Source: a bacterium
GTDB lineage: Bacteria; Desulfobacterota; DSWW01
DNA: 64,000 bases
Reading direction: 5' to 3'
NCBI GenBank assembly: GCA_040756235.1
Contig: JBFLZG010000062.1
Coordinates: 32,001-96,000 of the forward strand
The position numbers and the translations under genes were made by a program. Positions within the stretch are counted from its first letter, which is position 1, and each line of letters opens with the position of its first letter. The notes below the pieces were generated by a model, which saw nothing but the letters and a program-made list of their open reading frames with translations, did no database searches and had not been told where the DNA came from. Positions 55,995 through 64,000 of this stretch are shown here, piece after piece.

Positions 55995-58043
55995 TTACTG
56001 CGTGACGGTGACCGTGCCCGTCATGCCCAGGGCGCAGTGGGGAATGCAGAAGTAAGGGAACGTCCCAGCCGTGTCGAACGTCTGGGAGAAGGTCTGGCCC
56101 ATGTTCAGCAGGCCGGAATCCCAGGTACCGTCGGCCGTGCAGTTCGTGCCGCTGGTGCTGGTGTGCGCAGAAGGGCCGTTGTTGACCCACTGCACGGTGT
56201 CACCCACACTGATCTGCACGTCCACGGGATCGAAGGTGAAGTCCTGCATGTTCACCGTGTGGGTCTGAGGGCCGGGGCCGCCGCAGGCGCTCGCGCAGGT
56301 CGCCCGAGCCTGGAGGCAAGCGGCGCCGGTCTGGGCCGGATCCAACAGGCAGGTGTCGAACGCGGTCTGGCAATCCTGGAAGCAGGTCCCGCACTGGGCT
56401 TGCGCTCCGTACAGGTTGGCTTCCGAGGGCTGGCAGGCCGTGAGCGTATTGGTCCAGGCCGTGGTGCAGATGTCCTGACAGGCGGTGTCGCCGGCAGGGC
56501 AAGCCTGCAGACAGGTCCTGAGGGGATCGACGGCTTGACTCTGGGCCGTCGTGCACTCGGTTGTCTGCTGCTGCGCCGCTGCTTCCTGGCAGGTCTGCTG
56601 CGCTCCACCGCAGGCGTTCGCGCAGGTCGTTCTGGCCTGGAGGCAGGCTGCACCCGTCTGCGCCGGATCCAACAGGCAGGTGCCGAACGCGGTCTGGCAA
56701 TCACGGAAGCAGGTGCCGCACTGGCCTTGCGCCCCGAACAGGTTTTGTTCCGAGGGCTGGCAGGCGGTAAGCGTATCGTTCCAGGTTGTCACGCAAGCGT
56801 CCGCGCAGGTGACGTCGCCGGCAGGGCAGGCCTGCAGGCAGGTCCGGAGGGGATCGACGGCTTGAGCCTGGGCCGTGGTGCACTCGGTTGTCTGCTGCTG
56901 CGCCGCTGCTTCCTCGCAAGTCTGCTGCGCCCCGCCGCAAGCGTTGGCGCAGGTCGCTCTGGCTGCAAGACAGGCCGCGCCGGTCTGGGCCGGATCCAAC
57001 AGGCAGGTGCCGAAAGCGGTCTGGCAATCACGGAAGCAGGTGCCGCACTGGCCTTGCGCGCCGAACAGGTTTTGTTCCGAGGGCTGGCAGGCGGTAAGCG
57101 TATCATTCCAGGTGGTCACGCAGGCGTCCGCGCAGGTGACGTCGCCGGCAGGGCAGGCCTGCAGGCAGGTCCGGAGGGGATCGACGGCTTGAGCCTGGGC
57201 CGTGGTGCACTCGGTTGACTGCTGCTGAACAAGGTCCTGCTCACAAGTCGCCGGGGTGCCGCACCCGGACACACAGGTCCTGAGGGTATTGATGCAGTCC
57301 GCGCCCGTGCTTTCCGGCAGCAGGATGCAGGCATTGAACGCATCCCCGCAATCGTTGAAGCAGGCTCCGCACTCGCCGGCGCCTTCGAAGAGCTTCTCGG
57401 CGGCAGGCTCGCAGGCCTGGGCTTCGTCGCGGTACTCGCGCTGGCAGATCTCGATGCAGTCCGGATCGCCGGGAGGCACGCAGGCGTCCACGCAGGATTT
57501 CAGGTTGTCCACCGCGGTGTCGCCCGCATCGAGGCACTCCTGGGACTGGATCTGCTGAACCGCTTCATCGCAGCTGATGATCTCGGCGGAACAAGCATCC
57601 AGGCAGTCGCTGCGCTCGTTCAGACAGTCCTCTCCGGTTGCCTCCGGATTGGCCAAGCAGGTGAACAGGAACGTGTCCTGACAGACCGTAAAACAGGCGC
57701 CGCAACTGGAATCAGCCGCAAAGATCGTATCGTCGCCGGTGCAGGACCCGGTGGCGTTGTCCCAATCCGTTTCGCAGGCATCCTGGCAGGCGGTATCATC
57801 GGGCGTACATGCGGCGAGACAGGTCTGCAGCGCTGTCACGGCCGCGACGGACTCGTCCTGGCAGGCCTGGTCGTGCAGCTGGGACACCGCCTGAGAGCAG
57901 TCCGGGGCGGGCTGACCTCCGTTGCCATCGCCGTCATCGTCATCGTCGTCGCATCCCACGACACCGATTGCCGCTATCAAGCCGATACAGAGCAGGCATG
58001 CGAGTGTGGGCGTCGCCCACTTTCGTCTCATTTTCAGATTCAT
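55995..58043 (-). CDS. Cys-rich repeat lipoprotein with C-terminal cupredoxin (plastocyanin/azurin-like) domain
   Basis: Lipobox VVGC + poly-Asp; five ~109-aa repeats of about 14 Cys; C-terminal GDTVQWVN...HT...YFCIPHCALGMTG type-1 Cu ligands. Confidence 0.88.
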   Translation of the reverse strand: MNLKMRRKWATPTLACLLCIGLIAAIGVVGCDDDDDDGDGNGGQPAPDCSQAVSQLHDQACQDESVAAVTALQTCLAACTPDDTACQDACETDWDNATGSCTGDDTIFAADSSCGACFTVCQDTFLFTCLANPEATGEDCLNERSDCLDACSAEIISCDEAVQQIQSQECLDAGDTAVDNLKSCVDACVPPGDPDCIEICQREYRDEAQACEPAAEKLFEGAGECGACFNDCGDAFNACILLPESTGADCINTLRTCVSGCGTPATCEQDLVQQQSTECTTAQAQAVDPLRTCLQACPAGDVTCADACVTTWNDTLTACQPSEQNLFGAQGQCGTCFRDCQTAFGTCLLDPAQTGAACLAARATCANACGGAQQTCEEAAAQQQTTECTTAQAQAVDPLRTCLQACPAGDVTCADACVTTWNDTLTACQPSEQNLFGAQGQCGTCFRDCQTAFGTCLLDPAQTGAACLQARTTCANACGGAQQTCQEAAAQQQTTECTTAQSQAVDPLRTCLQACPAGDTACQDICTTAWTNTLTACQPSEANLYGAQAQCGTCFQDCQTAFDTCLLDPAQTGAACLQARATCASACGGPGPQTHTVNMQDFTFDPVDVQISVGDTVQWVNNGPSAHTSTSGTNCTADGTWDSGLLNMGQTFSQTFDTAGTFPYFCIPHCALGMTGTVTVTQ
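56280..57225 (-). repeat. About three near-identical 327-nt tandem coding repeats
   Basis: Anchor TCGACGGCTTGA occurs at 56527, 56854 and 57181. Confidence 0.95.
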
Positions 58044-59083
58044 GGCTTTGTCCTCTCTTCTACTGAATCGAATTCAAGGTCTCTTCGGTCGAGCCCGTTG
58101 TTCCCATGCGCGGCCGCCAAGCCCGAGCTCGATGTTCTCGACTCTTCCCCGGAGGTTATTCCCTTCCGGGAAGCTCGCATCCGGTGGAGCTGATCAGCAA
58201 CGGTAAGGGGCAGAAAGGGGGTGATCTGCAGGGGAACGGGTTCTTGCGCATGACGGGCCTCTTGAAACAGTTGAGGTTGATCTTGGAATCTTCCCGCCCT
58301 GACCGTCTTCCCTCAGCGGCGGTTCGGAAGATCTGCGCCAAAGAAAGGGCGGTGGAGGCGAGGCCACCTGGCTCGACCGGGGCAGGAGTCTGTTCGGGCA
58401 CGAGGCGCGGCGGCGCATGGCGGGGGAGAAAGCTCACTCCCGGGCGGTGCCGGCAGGAGTCCGCAGAGTGCAGCTTTCTGGCGCGCCGCGTTCGCCGGCT
58501 CTTGCTGACAGGGTGATCCACGCGCTCTGGCCCTCCAGGGCTGGTGACGGGCTCCTGTCCGTACGCGCTCGTGTGTCGGTGTGATCCGATTTCGTAAATC
58601 GTCGTTACTCGGCCGTCCGGCCTGGGGTGGAAAAGCAAAGATGCGGAGGACGGCCCGCATGTGGGTGCGTGGCCTGCTCGAACTTCACTCGGTTGGATGC
58701 AGCGACTTTTTGAAAGTCGCCGGAGTCGTATCCGGTCAGGGTGCGCGGCGCCGAACAGCTCCGGGATCGTCGAGGCAAGAAGTGGAACGAAGGTTGGGGT
58801 TGTTCCCCTGGGGAGGAGACCGCCGGTACGGCTCCGGTGAAAAACAGCCCGCGAACGCACCGGCGAGAAAGGCGCAGGGGCAGCCTTCACGGGACAGGCT
58901 GCCCCTGCTCGAGGTTTGTCTGAGCCGCTGGTTTCCTCGGGCTGACGGACTCGAGTGCACCGGTCAGCCGCCAGGCGTCCCCGGATTTCGCCCTCCGGCG
59001 GGCATCGACATGGGTCTCTCACTACAGGATCGGGTCGGCCATGAGGGGGCCGTGCGCCTCCTCCCTCTGCACTTGACGGCAGG

Positions 59084-59257
59084 TCAGGCAGGAGGCCGTC
59101 CTCTGAATGCGCCGGTAAGCAGCGATACGAGAAACAGGATGAGGAAGATGGCAAAAAGGATCTTGGCGATTCCGGCCGCGGAGGCAGCGACACCGGAGAA
59201 ACCGAAGAACCCCGCAATGATGGCTACGATCAGGAAGACCACCGTCCAGTACAGCAT
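59084..59257 (-). CDS. DUF1328 (UPF0391/YtjA-like) small membrane protein, 57 aa
   Basis: [49 protein letters not shown]...; AAGGAG RBS; below the ORF-track size cutoff. Confidence 0.93.
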   Translation of the reverse strand: MLYWTVVFLIVAIIAGFFGFSGVAASAAGIAKILFAIFLILFLVSLLTGAFRGRPPA

Positions 59258-59519
59258 CTCGGCGCTCCTTATTCATTCCGCACTTCGTCGTCTGAGCAGG
59301 ACCGCATCGGACGAGGGAGTGAGGTTTAGAGTGTTCAACAGTTAGAAGCGCTTGGGGGTATTTTGGGACCTCCCGAGCTCTCGCGGGTCGATGCGAGCAG
59401 GCGCACCGTGCCGCCCCCGGGAGGGAACCGAAGCGGAGGAGGGGTTTTTCGGACTGAGGAGCGTGCCGTTCAGGGGGAAGAACCGGGAGCGGCCATCGAC
59501 CGGTCGTGAAGGGAACCGC

Positions 59520-59566
59520 AACCTGCAAGCGCCGAGGAGGCTTCGCTCCCTCGGCGCTTGCAGGTT
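59520..59566. terminator. Long GC-rich hairpin downstream of 59612-59965
   Basis: 18-bp perfect stem AACCTGCAAGCGCCGAGG / CCTCGGCGCTTGCAGGTT. Confidence 0.55.
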
Positions 59567-59611
59567 ACCCATCCTGTTGAGCTTGCGCTCGGCTTGGCAG
59601 AGCCAGCCGTT

Positions 59612-59965
59612 CTAGTAGACCAACCCGGAACGCCCTTCGGGTCCGAACTGGAGCTTCTCTTCCTGGCCTTCGTGAATCGGTCCATAACTGCTCACATCGA
59701 TGCTGGGCTGATCTCCATCCTCTTTGACCATGCCCATGACCCGGACTTTCTGTCCCTCGTACCGCTGCAATGCGTCGGCGTTTTTGCCGGTCAGGGCGTA
59801 GACTTTGCCCTCTTCGGATACGATCGTATTGTTGTCGCTGACCTCGCCGATGACCGGCTGTTCGAACTTGGCCGCCGCTTCCGCAGATTGCGTAGCGGCG
59901 ACTGCCGCCACGAAGGACAAGGCCATGCAGAGGATGAATGCCGTGCGAATTCCTGAACGATCCAT
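59612..59965 (-). CDS. Small secreted OB-fold-like (DUF5818-like) protein
   Basis: Signal peptide; G...YALTG...GQKVRVMGMV...IDV pattern. Confidence 0.7.
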   Translation of the reverse strand: MDRSGIRTAFILCMALSFVAAVAATQSAEAAAKFEQPVIGEVSDNNTIVSEEGKVYALTGKNADALQRYEGQKVRVMGMVKEDGDQPSIDVSSYGPIHEGQEEKLQFGPEGRSGLVY

Positions 59966-60214
59966 GCTGTCCCCTTCTCTTATGCTTGTTGGGGGTTGGC
60001 TGATCAAAAGGGGCACCCGACCCCGGTGCGGGACCCGACCTTACCGAGTCCCGGCTCTCGAGCTTAGATGTCCAGGGATGAGGCACGGGTACAGAAGGCG
60101 AGGGGGAAGTTCACCACGGGCGGTGGACTTCCGCGGCATCTGATCGCAGATCCCCGTCGTATGGACAATGGCTCATGGGACGCGGTGGGCTCGGAAGAGG
60201 CGGCAGGGCCGGCC

Positions 60215-60454
60215 TCATGAGTGGGTGATGTCTTCTTCTCCCGGGCCCTCCCGGAACGGAGGGAGGTGTCGTCCGAAGCGTTGACGGAGTTGATGGCCCG
60301 TTGTGGGAGCAAAAAGCATCCCGAGGCCGACGCCGACCAGAATGCCGGCGCCGAACATCCCCAGCGCGGGGAGCAGGTAGTCGGCGCTCTGGCGTCGGGA
60401 GGACAAGCCGACCAGCTTCAGAAGGTCTTCACGGCTCATGTCGCGCACTTTCAT
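60215..60454 (-). CDS. YtxH-like small membrane protein
   Basis: FGAGILVGVGLGMLFAPTTGHQLR motif. Confidence 0.75.
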   Translation of the reverse strand: MKVRDMSREDLLKLVGLSSRRQSADYLLPALGMFGAGILVGVGLGMLFAPTTGHQLRQRFGRHLPPFREGPGEEDITHS

Positions 60455-60903
60455 GGCTCTTCCCTCCACCCCGAGCTCTGAGCGGTCGGTCCCCAGGCGT
60501 CCGTTTCTCGTTCGCCGGCCCCGGTCTGCATCGAGGGGGGACGCGTCAACTCTCTGAAAAGGCTCCGCAAGGCCCATCTGCGGCCGTCTCCGAGCAGGGA
60601 GCCTGTAATGAGCATGGAGCCTGCAACGCGAGAGTTGAGGCCGCCACCGAGCACGTATCCGATACCCGCCGCAGCGGCGAGCATGACGTAGGGTCTCCGG
60701 TCCATTTGCTCCCGTACGACGGTCCGCAAATCCCGCGAAACGTGGCCGAGGGATTCAGATAGCGCTTGCACGTCCCTGCGCATCGTCTGGGCATGGCCGC
60801 GCAACTCCTGACTGTGAGCATGGAGGCTCCCATAGCCGAACCCTCCATTTCCCTGCTGCCCTTCATTCGCTGTTCTACCGGATCGTTCTTCCATGATTTG
60901 CAT
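60451..60903 (-). CDS. DUF883/ElaB-like membrane-anchored protein
   Basis: Helical body followed by RRPYVMLAAAAGIGYVLGGG. Confidence 0.7.
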   Translation of the reverse strand: MQIMEERSGRTANEGQQGNGGFGYGSLHAHSQELRGHAQTMRRDVQALSESLGHVSRDLRTVVREQMDRRPYVMLAAAAGIGYVLGGGLNSRVAGSMLITGSLLGDGRRWALRSLFRELTRPPSMQTGAGERETDAWGPTAQSSGWREEP

Positions 60904-60929
60904 CGCTCCCTTTACACTGGAATAGACTA

Positions 60930-61133
60930 CTACCAACGAGACACCAACCTCCCGAGGAACCAACCGGTCGCCAGAGCGGCCAGCAGCGCGCCGATGGGGT
61001 ACTCCCGGGCGAAAACCTTCACTCTGGTATCGATGTCCGCTGCGACCTGACGCGCCTCCGCCATCCTGTCGCGGATTTCCTGGGAAGCTGCAGAGACCGT
61101 CTCCGAGGGACGAAAGGAAGAAGTCGGTTCCAT
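60930..61133 (-). CDS. DUF883/ElaB-like small protein
   Basis: FAREYPIGALLAALATGWFLGRLVSR tail anchor. Confidence 0.75.
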   Translation of the reverse strand: MEPTSSFRPSETVSAASQEIRDRMAEARQVAADIDTRVKVFAREYPIGALLAALATGWFLGRLVSRW

Positions 61134-61404
61134 GGATCACCTCTAAGTCACGTGTGGTCTGACCGTGTCGGGCCGCTCGCAAGAGGATCGCCCAAGGCCG
61201 CCTCTCTCTCTCTCTGCCGCAGCCCGAAGCCTTCGGGGCCCCGCTCGGGGGCCCAAAACACTCCTTAGATGCACCAGGAGAGACGGACGGGTGCGACGGC
61301 CGGTTGCGCAGAGACGGGTGGAAGGGGCCCATCGAAACGCGGGGGAGCACAGGAGCATCAGAGGAGTCCAGAAGAATCTCGTACACCTGCCGCGCAGGAA
61401 AAGC

Positions 61405-63039
61405 ATGAGACGTTTGTGGGTGGTCGGCATCGTGGTCGCGCTGGCCGCAGGGAGCGTCGTGGCCGCGTCCTTCCTGGTCGATGAGCCCTTGCGGCGCGTC
61501 ATGGAAGAGCGGATCAATGAGCGTCTCAAAGGGTATACGGCGCGCGTCGGAAAGATCGACTTCCACCCGGCAGGGTTCTCACTGGATCTGAGGGACCTAG
61601 CGGTTGCACAGAACGCGCATCCGCATCCACCGGTCCTGTCCGTGCGAGAGCTGACCGCAAGCGTCCACTGGGGCGCGTTGCTGCGCGGTCGTCTGGTTGC
61701 CGACTTCAGGCTCGAGGAGCCCAGAGCTTACATCAACCTCATCCAGCTCCGGGAGGAGGTCAAGAACAAGCGGTCCGTCGACGAACAGGGTTGGCAGGAG
61801 GCGGTTCAGTCCATCTATCCTCTCGAGATCAACCTCTTCACCATACTGCAGGGCGACTTTACCTACATCGACAAGGATCCCGAGAGGCCCTTGCGTGCGA
61901 GCGCTATCCGGCTGACGGCCGACAACATCCGGAACGTGCGCTCGGAGGCGGACCCGTTTCCGTCGGGTCTTTACCTGGAAGCGGTCGTCTTCGATTCGGG
62001 GAAGATGGTGCTGGACGGCGCGGCGGACTTCCTGGCCGAGCCTCACCCGGCGGTCAGGGCCTCCATGCTTCTGGAAAGGATCGACCTCGGGTATTTCGAG
62101 CCGGTGGCGGAGCGCTACAATCTGCGGTTGCGAAAAGGGGACCTCTCGGCCGAAGGCGAAATCGAGTACGCGCCCCAGAAGCGGGCCCTCGAACTGCGTA
62201 AGGCCACGATCCGAGGCGTGACGCTCGACTACCTGCACACCGCTGAAACGGCGAAGCTGGAGGAAGCTCGTGCCGAGCAGGTGAAAGGCGCGGCCCAGGA
62301 GGTGGCGAACAAGCCGAAGACGCTCATCCGGGTGGAGTCTCTTCAGGTGCTGGACAGCGAGATCGGGTACGTCGATCGGGAGGCGGAGAATCCATACCGA
62401 TTGTTTTTCTCCGTTGCCGATCTCGGTGTGCAGAACCTGAGCAATCACGCCACCGAGGGAGAGGCGTTGGTGAGCATGACCGGGAAGTTCATGGGAACCG
62501 GGCGTTCCCGGTTGCGGGCAACCTTCAGGCCGGAGGTGCGCGGGGCCGACTTCGACTTGGACGTGCGGATCGAGGACACCGAGCTGGCGGCGATGAATGA
62601 CCTGCTCAGGACCTATGGGAAATTCGACGTGGCGGGGGGAACGTTCTCGCTCTACTCGGAAGTGGGCGTGAAGAACGAGCGCATCACCGGCTACGTGAAG
62701 CCTTTTTTCAAAGACTTGGAGGTGTACAGTCCCGAGCAGGAGAAGGACAAGCCGCTGCTGAAGAAGGCGTACGAGGGACTGGTCGGTGCGGTGGGAAAGC
62801 TCCTGGAGAATCCGCCCCGGGAGCAGGTGGCTACTCAGGTGGATATCGGAGGGCCGGTGGAGAATCCGAAAGCCAGCAGGCTCGAGACCATTGCCGGTTT
62901 GATCCGGAACGCGTATTTCAAAGCCTTTCTGCCGGGTCTCGAAGGGAACATCCGGTCTGAGGAGGATGGCTCGTCTTCCCGAGAGGAGGTGCCCGAGGAC
63001 GATGGGTCGAAGGACGAGGACGGGGAGGAGAACCCCTGA
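61405..63039 (+). CDS. DUF748 (AsmA-like) domain protein
   Basis: N-terminal TM, ASVHWGALLRGRLVA, NLSN, GYVKPFF and RNAYFKA. Confidence 0.85.
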   Translation: MRRLWVVGIVVALAAGSVVAASFLVDEPLRRVMEERINERLKGYTARVGKIDFHPAGFSLDLRDLAVAQNAHPHPPVLSVRELTASVHWGALLRGRLVADFRLEEPRAYINLIQLREEVKNKRSVDEQGWQEAVQSIYPLEINLFTILQGDFTYIDKDPERPLRASAIRLTADNIRNVRSEADPFPSGLYLEAVVFDSGKMVLDGAADFLAEPHPAVRASMLLERIDLGYFEPVAERYNLRLRKGDLSAEGEIEYAPQKRALELRKATIRGVTLDYLHTAETAKLEEARAEQVKGAAQEVANKPKTLIRVESLQVLDSEIGYVDREAENPYRLFFSVADLGVQNLSNHATEGEALVSMTGKFMGTGRSRLRATFRPEVRGADFDLDVRIEDTELAAMNDLLRTYGKFDVAGGTFSLYSEVGVKNERITGYVKPFFKDLEVYSPEQEKDKPLLKKAYEGLVGAVGKLLENPPREQVATQVDIGGPVENPKASRLETIAGLIRNAYFKAFLPGLEGNIRSEEDGSSSREEVPEDDGSKDEDGEENP

Positions 63040-63136
63040 GGAAGCCCTTCGCTGGCTGGCCCGACGCTGAGCGCTCACCTTCGGGCGGACAGGGGGGATC
63101 CGCCTGGTGCGATGGATCCTCCCGGTCCATCCGGGT

Positions 63137-64000
63137 TCATTCGGACTCACGTATCGACCGCACGTGGATGATCTTCTGCCCCTCGCTCTCGGAAACGGTC
63201 CCGGTCACGCGCACCGTCTTGCCCTGAAGATTGGCAACTTCTTTGCCGCTGATCTGATAGCGGCCCTGCTCGGACTCGAGGACCCAGCCCGAATCCGCTC
63301 TCTCGAGCTTGCCGGTGACCGTCAGCTCCTGCTCGCCGGTCGCTCCCGCGGAGGCCGTGGCGATGTACCGCTTGACGCTGTTCTGGAAGTTCTTTGCAAG
63401 GGGAGGCACCTCGACATTCTCACCTTGCAGAATTTGACTGGCCGCGACGTTCGGCTGTCCGTAGAGCTCGCCGTTCTCCTTCTGCATGACGGAGATGACG
63501 GCCCCCTCGATCGACGCCGACGCCAGCAGTCCCTTGTTGTCGATCTTGTAGGTAAGGATGTCAGCGTTGTCGATCGGCCGCTCGGCACCGTAGGAGCGGG
63601 CCTGAACCGAGCCGACCGGGCCCGCAGTCACGGAAAGATCGGCGCCGGCCGTGAATTTTCCCCGGAGGAGCTTGTCGATGGCATTCTGGGTGCGGAACAG
63701 CAGGATGAAATCGCTGGTCTCTGCACCGAGCTGGGCGCCCAAGCTGCCGCCGGTCAGGGAAACGAGCAACGGCGGGCTCCATTCGCCGTCTTGTTTCTGC
63801 ATGAATGCCCCTTCGCCATGTTCGCCACCGATGATGGCAGCGGCACGGATGACCTTGGGGAATACCGCGATCCCTCTGGACTCGTTGAGAAGCTCCGGCG
63901 GGATGGTCTGCGGAGAGGCCCCGATCTTGTTCAGAACGGCGCTGGCTTCCTGGAGCTGCTGGGCCGTGTCGCCTTGCTCGGCTGCAAGAGCGCCGGAACC
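63137..64000 (-). CDS. SYLF/Ysc84 lipid-binding domain protein with C-terminal OB-like domain (5' end outside window)
   Basis: Frame is open to the window edge: IPPELL...GIAVFPKV...GGEHGEG, WSPP, GGSLGAQLG, AGPVG and GLLASASIEG. Confidence 0.88.
   Translation of the reverse strand, partial: GSGALAAEQGDTAQQLQEASAVLNKIGASPQTIPPELLNESRGIAVFPKVIRAAAIIGGEHGEGAFMQKQDGEWSPPLLVSLTGGSLGAQLGAETSDFILLFRTQNAIDKLLRGKFTAGADLSVTAGPVGSVQARSYGAERPIDNADILTYKIDNKGLLASASIEGAVISVMQKENGELYGQPNVAASQILQGENVEVPPLAKNFQNSVKRYIATASAGATGEQELTVTGKLERADSGWVLESEQGRYQISGKEVANLQGKTVRVTGTVSESEGQKIIHVRSIRESE

Noticed and set aside
56280..57900. Possible multiheme cytochrome
   Set aside because: CxxC motifs are followed by Phe, not His; there is no CxxCH in the protein.
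58156..59217. 353-aa ORF and other ORFs in 58.1-59.1 kb
   Set aside because: Arg/Pro/Ser-rich with no motif, and overlapping DUF1328 out of frame; probably non-coding or decayed sequence.

Overview
GC-rich bacterial DNA, most consistent with an anaerobic Deltaproteobacteria-type organism (Desulfobacterota/Myxococcota-like; an inference from gene content). The left half is dominated by a co-oriented cluster of about 23 kb (7363-30822) for glycogen breakdown, glycolysis and acetate formation: GNAT, pyk, fbaA, glgP, AI-2E, glgX, eno, gpmA, a 4Fe-4S subunit plus an aldehyde:ferredoxin oxidoreductase (AFOR), pta, ackA, a ferritin-like protein, por/nifJ and pgi. An ATP-dependent pfk lies upstream on the opposite strand. 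No gap or pgk is visible in the window, and the AFOR pair sits among the lower-glycolysis genes, which suggests a GOR-type ferredoxin-only glycolysis. Candidate sigma-54 promoters precede pfk and the cluster. The right half is accessory: Cys/Asp-rich secreted repeat proteins, two orphan sensor kinases, an orphan ubiX, a TrxR-type FNR-like flavoprotein, and a three-gene cytochrome operon (CX4CH lipoprotein, monoheme cytochrome-beta-barrel fusion, monoheme cytochrome c). It also holds a roughly 70-Cys repeat lipoprotein ending in a cupredoxin domain, an ABC-2 exporter and a cluster of small stress-type genes. Non-coding features include two or three copies of a MITE-like structured repeat and several collapsed gene remnants. 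No rRNA, tRNA, CRISPR array or intact transposase was recognised. All calls come from reading motifs by eye; no database searches were run.
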